The notes under the pieces: model-generated
What the model was told of the DNA's origin: nothing
Database searches by the model: none
The model's input: only the letters and a program-made list of their open reading frames with translations
Assembly: GCA_002269645.1 (NCBI GenBank)
Contig: NIVC01001313.1
Span: 62,001 to 126,000 of the forward strand
Direction: 5' to 3'
DNA length: 64,000 nt
From: Macrostomum lignano
Lineage: Eukaryota
Shown here: in pieces, positions 22,876 to 34,800 of the stretch
Layout: every line of letters begins with the position of its first letter
How positions within the stretch are numbered: the stretch's first letter is position 1
Made by a program: the position numbers and the translations under genes

Positions 22876-25394
22876 GGAGTCTACGATGTTTGCCTGCCGG
22901 ACGTTTGCCAGCCGACGTTTGCCTGCGGGACGTTTGCCAGCCGACGTTTGCCAGCCGACGTTTGCCAGCCGACGTTGGCCAGCGGGACGTTTGCCAGCCG
23001 ACGTTTGCCTGCGGGACGTTTGCCAGCCGACGTTTGCCAGCCGACGTTGGCCAGCGGGACGTTTGCCAGCCGACGTTTGCCTGCGGGACGTTTGCCAGCC
23101 GACGTTTGCCTGAGGGACGTTTGCCTGCCGACGTTTGCCAGCCGACGTTTGCCAGCCGACGTTTGCCTGCGGGACGTTTGCCTGCCGACGTTTGCCTGCG
23201 GGAAGTTTGCCAGACGACGTTTGCCAGTGGGACGTTTGCCAGCCGACGTTTGCCAGCCGACGTTTGCCAGCGGGACGTTTGCCAGCCGACGTTTGCCAGC
23301 CGACGTTTGCCAGCCGACGTTTGCCTGCGGGACGTTTGCCTGCAGACGTTTGCCTGCGGGACGTTTGCCAGCCGGACAGTCGCAGGCGGCAATTGGTTAA
23401 AGAAGTATGCCCTCTCTAGGCTTACAACTTGCATTTGAAAACTGTGGACATAGCACTAATAATTCCACTTTGCTGCCTGCTATTAAATATACAGGTTACT
23501 ACGCTCGTAACAAACTACTTAGAACTTAGAACGCTCTTCGTCTTATTGATATTTTGGGTAGGTTTTAGTAACATGCATGTATGTACCAAAGCAACTGATG
23601 TAACCAAAACTTTCCGAACTAGCAGAACCAAATCGTCACTGACAATAAAGTCAGTAAGAAGACGAGGCGTCTCAGAACTAAAACACTCAGAGTTGGCAAT
23701 GACACGAAAGTGGTACAGTACTGGTAATTGATTTCAAGTTGTATTTCAGGTTATCCAACTCTTCTACCGCTTGCTAATCAGATCCACTTCGCGATTTCAG
23801 ATAACCTAGCGTGGAGCTGGCGATGGCAACATACTCATGGATGAATGAATAGAATGGATTGCTATTCTGGCTCTGGCTATTTTCGTTTTTGACTCTTTTG
23901 CATCCGGTTCCCCCCCCCGTGCCTTTTCATTGGTTGATGATTGCCATAGACAATTTTCGGCCTTCGCCCCTTTCTTTCGATGCACAAGCGCAAAGAACTG
24001 AGAATTTCAACAAAGTTCAATTTCAACACAAGTAACTTCTATTTACTAACAAGAAAGCGCTTGTGCATCGAAAGAAAGGGGCAAAGGCCGAAAATTGTCT
24101 ATGGCAATCATCAACCAATGAAAAGGCACGGGGGGGAACTGGATGCAAAAGAGTCAAAAACGAAAATAGCCAGAGCCAGAATAGCAATCCATTCTATTCA
24201 TTCATCCATGAACATACTGCACTGTACAACAGTCTAGAACCCCAAGGAAACGGCATCTTCTACTTCTTTCTCGCACTCAAGTCAACTGTGATTCTGAAAA
24301 AGGGTAAGCTGCACTCCGAAGTTTTTAACAAGAAATAACAAAGACATAAAGACAACTGTACGTCCGGACGAAAATATTTTAATAACTAATTAAGAACAAA
24401 CAGCAAATCAATGAATACTAAATATAGCATTAAATAGTTATAGCTCAGACGTTGGCTTCGGCCATAGACATTCAAAGCGTGCAACAATCCGGCTATACCC
24501 CTAAAAACCCCTCCAAAGGAAGAGAAGGCGGCTACAGACATGTCAGTGCATGCTTGTTGTTGGCCATGACAGCGTGCACTTGACAAGGCGCTTGCAGGAA
24601 TTAGTTCGCTTACTTTTGGATCTCCCATGAACTGGGAAATATTCTATTTAAAATTATCGTTCAGCAGTTATTTTATTTGCTCAAAACTTGGCTCGCTGGA
24701 GATTCCCATTCAAATTTGCGTGTCAATTCATTCGCAAATCATGAAATCGCAAATCATGAATTCGCAAATCATGCAAAATCAAACATCTTAAACTGGGAAA
24801 AGCGATACAAAACTGGCAGAAGTAAACTTTATAATCATATTTTTACATTCAAAGATGATGATGAACTGCTAAGTATTAATTAATTTATAGCGTATAGATT
24901 TTGTTTTCGATTTATACATCATGCGAATAAGTTAGCCGTCAATTAAAAAGTTGGACTAAAATTGTTTTTTTCCAAAACAGCTAAACTGCGAATATTTCAG
25001 TATCACATTCACTCCGACTTGTTGTTGGCTGGCAAACGTCGGCTGGCAAACGTCCTGCAGGCAAACGTCCTGCAGGCAAACGTCCTGCAGGCAAACGTCC
25101 CGCAGGCAAACGTCGGCTGGCAAACGTCGGCTGGCAAACGTCGGCTGGCAAATGTCGGCTGGCAAATGTCGGCTGGCAAACGTCGGCTGGCAAACGTCCC
25201 GCAGGCAAACGTCCCGCAGGCAAACGTCGGCTGGCAAACGTCGACTGGCAAACTTCCCGCAGGCAAACGTCGGCTGGCAAACGTCGACTGGCAAACTTCC
25301 TGCAGGCAAACGTCGGCAGGCAAACGTCGACTGGCAAACTTCCCGCAGGCAAACGTCGGCTGGCAAACGTCCCGCAGGCAAACGTCGCTATCCC
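22876..25394. mobile_element. Foldback/MULE-like element with repeat-built TIRs and ~1.6 kb internal sequence
   Basis: (gacgtttgcc-agcc/tgcgg)n at 22880-23375 is mirrored by (ggcaaacgtc)n at 25025-25387. Ends GGAGTCTACGA and TCGCTATCCC; flanks ggcct-ggt and ggcctaggt (imperfect 9-bp TSD). Confidence 0.6.
23836..24210. mobile_element. MITE (375 bp) with CATG termini and ~150-bp near-perfect TIRs
   Basis: CATGGATGAATGAATAGAATGG... vs ...CCATTCTATTCATTCATCCATG; 8-bp TSD aacatact (23828-23835 and 24211-24218). Confidence 0.93.
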
Positions 25395-25684
25395 GGCCTA
25401 GGTGGGGTGGGCTTTAGCCTTTGCGCCGACGCCCCTTTTATTGGCTTCTCGCTCAGTAGGCTCAGCGTTTTTGGCTGCCTGTGTGAGCACAATTTTTTTT
25501 CCAATGTATAAAGAAATTTGAAACATAATAAACACTACATTATTTCTACATTCGGTATGACAAGTCGAGACGCACTTCGCAAATAGCATCAGGCTACATG
25601 TAATGTAGGTATACGAGTAAATCATTCAGACTGCCTTGCGTTGTGAATAGTTTTACTCGCATTGTTTCTAATAAAAATAAGAAC

Positions 25685-25975
25685 TGCAGTAGGGCCGCGG
25701 TCACCCTGGCGCTACGCTTTTAGCGACGTCGTCCCAATACCAGCGCTGAGGCAATTCCGCCCATTCCGCTGACAACTAAGCACATACAAGCGCGCCAATA
25801 CTGTACGCAGGCATGTACACTCTCTTGTGCGTTGGGGATTTTTGAGGGCTTTCATGGATGTGAATTGCACGACAAACCCCGGCCATTTTTACAGCACAGC
25901 ACAGCACAATAAATTGAATCGGGGGTCGTAGCGCAAGAGTCGAACGCGTTTACCTTCGAGCTGTTCTACCCTTTC
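25685..25975 (-). mobile_element. Older tRNA-like SINE sharing its 3' tail with the main SINE family
   Basis: Minus strand cctgcgtac..gcgcgcttgtatg..gcggaatgggc..gtcgctaaaag..gcgccagggtg matches the tail of the 29268/62078 SINEs; different, weakly tRNA-like head at ~25915-25975. Confidence 0.55.
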
Positions 25976-26491
25976 TATTGTCGCTAAATTAGGCAGTAAA
26001 TTGCAAATAAACTGGAATTCTCATTCATCATTTACGAGTATAGAGATTGGCTCGCCCTAGAGACTAGACCGCTTCAAGGTGCTCAGTTGCCCAGCCCACC
26101 CCGCATCCGAAGGCTGGTTACAATTGTAGATAATGCTACGGATGGTATCAATAGCTTAGATAAAAGAAATCGCATCAAACAATAAAACTACACAGCAAAG
26201 AATGAAACCGAACTGTACATACCCACCCTATACGCTGTTGCTTAATCTGCTAATGGCACGCTGACGAAATTTGTTAAATCTCAAAAAAATTCGTCCAGAG
26301 AATAAGCCGAAGCTAGAATGTACTCCAAAGTCCCCTGACTAATTATTTTCCATACCTATTCTAGTGGTGTTTTAAAAATTAGCTCGTAAACGCTAGTGAC
26401 CATAGACCAAATGAAATGATTATTTACATTGTACAAGGCGTTAACATGATCACTGAAGTTTAATTGTTAAAGACGAAGTTCGCTTGAAAAC

Positions 26492-28354
26492 ATGTCCGCG
26501 ATTTCGCAAGGCCGCGGCAGGACCAGTATAAGAGCGATTGTGCTCATTCAGTCATGGTACCGCCGGTACAAGGCCCGCCTAGAGGCAAGACGACGGGCAG
26601 AATGGAAAATTTACGAGAAAATCGAGTACGCCAGCGAACGGAACCGAATTCACTTGCAGAACTTCCTTGAAGATTTACTCGAGCTTGGCGCTGAACTTTC
26701 CGCCGGGGGAATTGACTGTAGCTTTGTTCAACGGCTCCAAGAGTTCAAAAGCGTGTCTATCCAGCCGAAGCAAGATAATATCAGTTTGGCAAGTTTTGAA
26801 GACTTCGATGTAGAAGATTCTTACTCGGGGCCTCGGTTGACCTTCCCTCTGAGCGCCACTCAGGTCCAAACTCTGATAGACCACTTCAGTCAGGGAGGAC
26901 GGCTGCACGCTCGCTACGTCATGCAGCTGCTGCATGAAGTCCGACTGGAACTCAAGACAAGGCCAAACATTTATCGACTCAGCACGAGCATCTCCAAGCA
27001 GGTGACGGTGGTCGGAGACCTACACGGGCAGCTGGAGGATCTGCTGCTCATTTTCTACAAGAACGGCCTGCCGGACGTCACCAACCCGTACGTGTTCAAC
27101 GGAGACATCGTCGACCGTGGCTCAAATTCGGTAGAGGTAGCGCTGCTGCTGTTCGCCTGTCAGCTGGTGTGGCCGACGGCGGTTTTTATCAACCGCGGCA
27201 ACCATGAAGATGCAACCATAAATATAAGGTATGGGTTCACAGACGAAGTTCAGACAAAGTACCAAGACACATTTCCGAAAATCATTGGATTATTTAATGA
27301 GGTGTTCTCGTGGCTTCCCATTGCCACGATGATTGACGGGAGCATCTTTGTAGTTCACGGTGGCATCTCCGACAGTGTGGACCTCGGGCTGCTGGATAAA
27401 CTTGACAGGCACAAGTACTATTCCCTGATTCCTGGTTCTGGAAATAAAGCGGTAAACAAAATGGAACAACAACAGATAATAGACGTTTTGTGGAGTGATC
27501 CTCAACCGGAGCTGGGCTGCCAATTCAACAACGAGCGTAACATCGGATGCTTCTTCGGGCCGGACATCACGGCAAATTTCTTGCAGCGGAACCGATTAAA
27601 TCTGCTAGTTCGCTCTCATCAGGTCCCGATTGATGGCTACTGTTATACTCACTGTGAATGTGTGCTGACGATCTTCTCCGCGTCCAACTACCAGTTCGAG
27701 GGCAGCAATCCCGGTGCCTACGTTAAGTTGGCCAGCAACGGAAAGCCCGAGATTGTGCAGTTCTGTCCCAGCAAGAAAAACCTTAAGCCGCTTGGTCGTC
27801 AAATTTTCTGCGCCGAAGACGCCGCTCTGCGCAGCCTTCGGGCGAAAATCGCCGCAAGCAAGACCGAGCTGGTGGCAACCTTCAGCAAGATGGATCCCCG
27901 CAAGACCGGCTGCGTCACCGTCGCCCAGTGGTGCAGCGCGATGGAGTCGGAGCTGAAGTTTGACCTGCCGTGGAGAATGCTGCGGCCTCATCTTGCGGAG
28001 TTGACAGCAGACAAACGCGTTATGTACATGACGACCTTCCAGAGAGCAACCCTGCAGAATAGTATGGAAAACACATTCTTCCCACTGCCAGATGCTTCAG
28101 TGATGGAGGCCGTTTACAAAAACAAGGAAGAGTTGGAGGCCATCTTCCGCATCATGGACCGCGACAACAGCGGCTACATCAGTCTGGACGAGTTCAAGGA
28201 GTGCTGCCGAGTTCTGGGCCGAGCCACCAAGCGTAACCTGCCTGAAGCCGAGATTGTCGACATGGCCAAAGCGATGGACCTCAACAAGGACGGCAGGATC
28301 GACTTCAACGAGTTTCTCGAGGCCTTTCGAATTGTCGAGTTTAAGAACAAATAA
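26492..28354 (+). CDS. PPEF: Serine/threonine phosphatase with EF-hands (PPEF/rdgC/PP7), intronless, copy 1 (620 aa)
   Basis: IQ motif IQSWYRRYKAR; GDLHG, GDIVDRG, RGNHE, HGG, RSHQ, SASNY; C-terminal EF-hands DRDNSGYISLDE and DLNKDGRIDFNE. Confidence 0.96.
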   Translation: MSAISQGRGRTSIRAIVLIQSWYRRYKARLEARRRAEWKIYEKIEYASERNRIHLQNFLEDLLELGAELSAGGIDCSFVQRLQEFKSVSIQPKQDNISLASFEDFDVEDSYSGPRLTFPLSATQVQTLIDHFSQGGRLHARYVMQLLHEVRLELKTRPNIYRLSTSISKQVTVVGDLHGQLEDLLLIFYKNGLPDVTNPYVFNGDIVDRGSNSVEVALLLFACQLVWPTAVFINRGNHEDATINIRYGFTDEVQTKYQDTFPKIIGLFNEVFSWLPIATMIDGSIFVVHGGISDSVDLGLLDKLDRHKYYSLIPGSGNKAVNKMEQQQIIDVLWSDPQPELGCQFNNERNIGCFFGPDITANFLQRNRLNLLVRSHQVPIDGYCYTHCECVLTIFSASNYQFEGSNPGAYVKLASNGKPEIVQFCPSKKNLKPLGRQIFCAEDAALRSLRAKIAASKTELVATFSKMDPRKTGCVTVAQWCSAMESELKFDLPWRMLRPHLAELTADKRVMYMTTFQRATLQNSMENTFFPLPDASVMEAVYKNKEELEAIFRIMDRDNSGYISLDEFKECCRVLGRATKRNLPEAEIVDMAKAMDLNKDGRIDFNEFLEAFRIVEFKNK

Positions 28355-29267
28355 AGCAAGATCGATTGCGCACTATAGTTCCATCTGGAGTGAAATGTTT
28401 TGTGAGAGCAATTGTCGAGAAAAAATTGAGCTTAACCGTTTAATTAGTGATATCAGTTCTGGAAAAACAATTCTGCGTCTGTTGTTTTATAGCGGGGGAA
28501 ACAATTTATTGCTTTTCAGTTAAAAATCTCAAATACAAGGCATTCCTGTGTTAATTAAATTGATCCTCTGATGCTGCAAAGCCTTGTCTACAGTACAGTA
28601 TAGAGATTGACGAACCCGCGTCCCGTACTTGTTCAACTCGTGTTAAATACTTCGCTCAGAAAAAGCAAACTGATTAGAAAGCAACCTGTAATATCCAGTG
28701 TCAATACTCCATGATCCTCATAGACCAGGGGCATTGCAGCAATCCAGGTATTCTTTAACCGATACCTGGGAGCCTAATAGATCGGATGCGAGATAATAAA
28801 GCTACTTGAACTATGTCTGAACATAAATGACTTTGAATTTGACGAAACGATTATCTTACAACTTAGAGGCACAGCCATGGGACTCGGATATACTCAGTAA
28901 CATTGAAAAGTCGCCACTCTATGCACAAGGAGACAAAGATACGAGAAAACTGATCAGGGGAGCTTTAATCCGTCCAACCCTCGCACACCGCTCCCCCACT
29001 TCATTCCGCAACTCAAGTCTGCCGCGGCGTAGCTGAGTTGCGTCACTCGCAAAGATTGGGAGACTTTACCTGCACTCTCAAAAGTGGCGACCACAGACGG
29101 AATCTTCAGTGATGGCGACTTTTCGATGATGCTGAGTAAATTCACCCAGCTGCCTGTCTCTTCACGAGCCTCTGGGAGGAAACTGCCCAGAGAACTTTTC
29201 TTTATAAGCCAAACATCTACTTCAGGTTCATAGATCACATATTTATTCACTAGGATCACCCGGCTGA

Positions 29268-29633
29268 AAGGCGGGCCGTAGCCCAGCGGTAGCGCAGCTG
29301 CTCTGGTGTGCCAGCGACCCAGGCTCGATTCCAAGTGCAGTCACATTAATTTGGGGCTGAATTGGAATCTCGGCTTGGCTCTGCTCGTGCAATTAACGGC
29401 CTTGAGAGCCAACCCCCCAAGGCGCAGTGAAGTGTACATGCCTAACGATAATATAAAATTAGGGCCGCTGTACACTCCTGTGTGTGTGGGCCTGCGTACG
29501 TATCCGCGCGCTTGTATGCCTGCTCAGGGGAGTCGGCGGAATGGGCAGTAATGCCTCTCGCCGGTTGTGTGTCTATGTCGCTTAAAGTGCGCCAGGGTGC
29601 ACACAACCCCCCTGCCTCTAATAAAAAAAAATA
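29268..29633 (+). mobile_element. tRNA-derived SINE, copy A
   Basis: GGGCCGTAGCCCAGCGGTAGCG A-box, GGCTCGATTCC B-box, A-rich tail; probable TSD acccggctga (29258-29267 and 29634-29643). Confidence 0.85.
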
Positions 29634-31640
29634 ACCCGGCTGAGACTCCGACAGAATTTGTTTGACACGTGAATTCCATCAACCCCAAAATAAAACTAAG
29701 CGTCAGCTCCTCATCGACTGAGGTCAGCTTCCGACGCTTCTGATCAGGAAAGCCGACGATCTATTCACGACACAACTGTTTTATACACAAAATTTTCTGT
29801 TGAATAAACTGACTGGTTAAAAGCCAGGTAGAGCAAGGTAGAACATGTTAATATATGCACATCCTACTCATCTATTTTATCAGACTAACATCAATCATAT
29901 TAAAAAGCAAAATATTCATTCAATTATACGCTTTCTTGGCCTGACGAAGAGCTTAGAGGCTTGAAACCGTCTGTCAATCAATTTATCTATCTATCTACTT
30001 ACCGATCAATCAATCAATTAATCCATCAATCAATTTATCAAATCTATCAACGACTGCACGAGCACTAGGCTGCTAGACTATATTGGATTCTCATATTAAA
30101 AAAATTAGCTAAAACATGCACAACAACGCAGGCTTGCTTTCAGCACAGAGGCAATAGAAAAAAAAGCGTCTTATTGACAAATTCTTTTAATCTTTTTTTA
30201 ATTAATTTTGTCAAAACAATGGAGAATAGTAAATAAATAAATATGTATATATATATTAGAATATAAATATAGTGCGGTTCTATCAAAGTCAAAATAATAA
30301 TTAGCGAGCTAGCATAATGTCAGAGAGAGAAGCTTACCGTATTAGGGCGGAGAGAGAAAAAAGCTAAGAGGGCTCAATACAATAAGAGATAAATATGGCT
30401 ATTATTGACTAATAGCCAATATTAGACATTAGCAGGACTCAGCATAAAACGGGAGGAATATACAATGAAATCGGTGGAACGAGCGGGTTGAGGCTTGAGA
30501 TCTTGATATCTTTGAAAAAAATATTTGCACGCGCTAACTTTTCTACTTACACAAGTAGAAGAGTGCGCGCACTCAAGAGTGTTACAACAAATAAATGATT
30601 CAAATCGCATTAATCGAAATTATTAGAGCAATAAAAGACAAAGTAATTTCTCGTAGGGTTACAGACGGGAGAAAAGAGATTTTGTAAGGCAAAACAGAAT
30701 GAAACATAAACGGTTGTTTTGTTGCTAGGAGGAAAAATTAAATGAATACAAGAATAAACAGGAGAAAATCAATGTGTTTTGCATGTTTAAATCCAACGGC
30801 AGATGGCGCAAGCAGAGGGATCGAGAGAGGGAGAGAGAAGTTGGAGTCGAACATATATATATAAATAAGTACAAGGCACTTCTCTTCATTTTTGTGGAAA
30901 CCGAAAACAATTGATAACATAAACGAATGCCGCAACGCACGCTAACCAGCCAGTACGTATAAAACACATAATTATCCAGTATACGATATTGCTAGTAAAT
31001 GATTACCAGGATAGCCTAGGCAGGTTAGTTATAGATATACTAGATTACGTCAGACCATCTCAATTCACAGCCAGCTGCGATAACAAGTTACTATTAGTAG
31101 TTGACCAAAAATTGGAAACCGTTTCCCCCGCGTGTCGAGATGAAATATATTGTCAATGAAAACAGGTAGCTTAATTTATTAATTAACCAAAAGTAAAATT
31201 TTTATCGCTCAGCCTCGAAAAATGATGCAGCGAAAGTCCAGACGCGCGACAGACGGAGAGAGAAGAGCAGAGCATCAGCAATGCGCTACAGTAGCAGCAG
31301 CAAGTCAGTCAGGAACTGCTGAAAATTGTTTTGCATTTCCAGGTGGTGGATTCTACCACAGATAGCAACTATGCACCAAAACAGACAAAAATTTATACTA
31401 AAAAATCATCTCTTTAGAATAGCATCTGCGGTGTCTACCTATATTTGAAATCTCTTCTTTTGCCAGAACTTCCAGATAAAAATATCATAATTTTCTCTAG
31501 GATAGATTTTCAAAGGTTTTTCATAAATCTTGTACACATATTCGAAAAAAACCCTATATAAATAGTAAATAAATATGTTGACGAATTTTACTCTTTCACT
31601 ATCGAGCAACGCGACTGTTAAAACACGCCTACAGTTCGGT

Positions 31641-31853
31641 TTACTGCTGCTCTGGCTGCGGCTTCATCAGTTTCTCCTGCTGCAGCGGCAGGCCAAGCAT
31701 CAGGGGGTCGCGCAGCCGCCGCAGGTCGGACTGGACGTCGTTGATTCGCTGGCGAAGCTCGTTGTACTGTTCAACATTGAAGCTGCTCTTGTCGGCGTCT
31801 TTGTAGAATTTCTTCAAATACTCGCGGTCCCACACGGCCGGGAAAGTGTACTC
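31641..31853 (-). CDS. MCU: MCU exon 4
   Basis: [59 protein letters not shown]...stop. Confidence 0.94.
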   Translation of the reverse strand, partial: EYTFPAVWDREYLKKFYKDADKSSFNVEQYNELRQRINDVQSDLRRLRDPLMLGLPLQQEKLMKPQPEQQ

Positions 31854-34800
31854 CTGCGTTGGCGGGGCATTGGGGGGGGGGCGGTGGCAACTGAGAGTCC
31901 AAGAGTAGAAGCCTGTTTAGAAGCCTTATCATTATTAATGAGAATTTCCTTTATAAACGACATCCAGGTTTAAGGCACGCCCTTGGACAGGCATCCAGTA
32001 AGGGGATTTCCCAACTGAACTCAAGCATCGAGTACGGGTATTCACCATAAGCAGTCAGCAAGGGGATTCCCCACCGCACTTAAGAATTCAGCAAAAGGGA
32101 TTCCCGACCGCACACAAGCATCCAGCGAAAGGGAATCCTTACGGCACACAAGCATCCAGCATAAGGGATTCCCCACCGCACACAAGCATCCAGCAAAGGG
32201 GATTCCCAACCGCACACAAGCATCCAGCAAGGTGATTCCCTACCGCACTTAAGCATCAACAAGGGGATTCCCCACCGCACACAAGCATCCAGCAAAGGGG
32301 ATTCCCAACCGCACACAAGCATCCAGCAAGGTGATTCCCTACCGCACTTAAGCATCAACAAGGGGATTCCCCACCGCACACAAGCATCCAGCAAAGGGGA
32401 TTCCCAACCGCACACAAGCATCCAGCAAGGTGATTCCCTACCGCACTTAAGCATCAACAAGGGGATTCCCCACCGCACACAAGCATCCAGCAAGGTGATT
32501 CCCTACCGCACTTAAGCATCAAACAAGGTGATTCCCTACCGCACACACGCATCCAGCAAGGCGATTCCCCATCGCACTAAAGCATCCAGCAAAACGGATT
32601 CCCCACCGCACACACGCATCCAGCAAGGCGATTCCCTACCGCACTTAAGCATCCAGCAAGGGGATTCCCCACCGCACACAAGCATCTAGCAAGGGGATTC
32701 CCCATTGCACTTAAGCATCCAGCAAGGGGATTCCCCATTGCACTTAAGCATCCAGCAAGAAGATTCCCCATTGCACTTAAGCATCGAGCAAGGGGATTCT
32801 CCACCGCACTTAAGCATACAGCAAACGGATTCCCCACAGAACTTAAGCATACAGCGAGCTGAAAGTTAGAAAGTACATCGGGCTTAGCGAGAGAGATAAG
32901 GGCCTGGAACATCCGACTCAAGAATTAAGTGGCCGGCATACGTACCGGTATATCAAAGAGCAGAAGAGCAGAGTTCCGAGACGAGACGAATCCAGGGGAT
33001 CTAGCGATGTATAGTAATCCCTAGAGGGGAACGAAATAGATAGAGCCTACTCGTAAGAGGAAGACGAAGATGGAAGCAAGAGAATTTTTTTATTCCCAAA
33101 GAATCAATATCAAGAGAGCCGGACTGCATTATGGCCAGCGAAAAGGGAGTCTTTTACGAGAGTGCGGTGAGAGTTTTGAGATAACAGAGATGATGAATTA
33201 AGTACCGAGGGCAAGTACGCTCGAAGGAATAGGGTGGATAGGAGATCGAGCGATAGCTTAGGGGCTTTAGGGGCGATTCTCAGTGAGGTTTTAGGGGCGA
33301 TTCTCAGTGAGGTTTAGGGGGGATTCTCAGTGAGGTTTAGGGGGGATTCTCAGTGAGGTTTAGGGGCGATTCTCAGTGAGGTTTAGGGGGGATTATCAGT
33401 GAAATTTAGGGGCGATTCTCAGTGAGGTTTAGGGGGATTCTCAGTGAGGTTTAGGGGGATTATCAGTGAAGTTTAGGGGCGATTCTCAGTGAGGTTTAGG
33501 GGGGATTCTCAGTGAGGTTTAGGGGCGATTCTCAGTGAGGTTTAGGGGGGATTATCAGTGAAATTTAGGGGCGATTCTCAGTGAGGTTTAGGGGGATTCT
33601 CAGTGAGGTTTAGGGGGATTATCAGTGAAGTTTAGGGGCGATTCTCAGTGAGGTTTAGGGGGGATTCTCAGTGAGGTTTAGGGGGATTATCAGTGAGGTT
33701 TAGGGGCGATTCTCAGTGAGGTTTAGGGGCGATTCTCTGAGGTTTAGGGGCGATTATCAGTGAGGTTTAGGGGCGATTCTCAGTGAGGTTTAGGGGCGAT
33801 TCTCTGAGGTTTAGGGGCGATTATCAGTGAGGTTTAGGGGCGATTCTCAGTGAGGTTTAGGGGCGATTCTCTGAGGTTTAGGGGCGATTCACAGTGAGGT
33901 TTAGGGGGATTATCAATGAGGTTTAGGGGCGATTCTCAGTGAGGTTTTGGGGCGATTCTCAGTGAGATTTAGGGGCGATTCTCAGTGAAGTTTAGGGGGA
34001 TTCTCAGTGAGGTTTAGGGGCGATTCTCAGTGAGGTTTAGGGGCGCTTCTCAGTGAGGTTTAGGGGCGATTCTCAGTGAGGTTTTGGGGCGATTCTCAGT
34101 GAGATTTAGGGGCGATTCTCAGTGAAGTTTAGGGGGGATTCTCAGTGAGGTTTAGGGGCGATTCTCAGTGAGGTTTAGGGGCGATTCTCAGTGAGGTTTA
34201 GGGGCGATTCTCAGTGAGGTTTAGGGGGGATTCTCAGTGAGGTTAAAGGGCGATTCTCAGTGAGATTTAGGGGCGATTCTCAGTGAGGTTTAGCATTTGA
34301 TGGTAGCTTTGGACGATTCTCGTCCAAGTTTTTACAGAACAATTTTATCTTATAACGTAGCTTCTAAAGACTGCTATCCAAGCAATAAAATGATCCAATC
34401 AACAAAGACCTCTTACCTGCTTAGTGAGCACATAGTAGGCATAGCAGGCTATGGCCGTGCCGTAGCCAACAAAGTACGTGACCGGCTCCATAATATCCCA
34501 GCTGTATTCCCACCAGGTTAGCCGGGCAAGCACGCCGAACTGCACGCCCATGTAGGACAGGCTCAGCCAGGTGAGAATCCTGGTCCGACGGGAGGCCTTC
34601 TCAGCTAGTTGGCCGCGAATCTGAGGAGCGGACGTAGCGAAAAGTGAGGCAAATGTTTTTACAGAACAAAGCCGGACGATGAGCTATTTTTAGAATGTTA
34701 TAGAGAATGACGTCAGCCGCTGAGCTATTTTAAAATAGCATAGAGAATGACGTCAGCCGCTGAGCTATTTTTAAAATAGCATAGAGAATGACGTCAGCCG

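Larger units (their letters stand above)
22612..25590 (+). repeat. ~95-bp diverged direct repeat at 22612-22710 and 25499-25590
   Basis: tgtataaagaaatt...acataataaacact.catt...ctacattcggtatgacaa...gagacgcacttcgcaaatagcat is present twice. Confidence 0.85.

Noticed and set aside
22757-25511. Overlapping ORFs (RRLPADVC, TSAGKR repeats); likewise at 60536-61310
   Set aside because: Products of 14/15-bp TIR arrays.
32000-32840. 33-bp palindromic repeat resembling a CRISPR repeat
   Set aside because: No spacers; ordinary intronic minisatellite.
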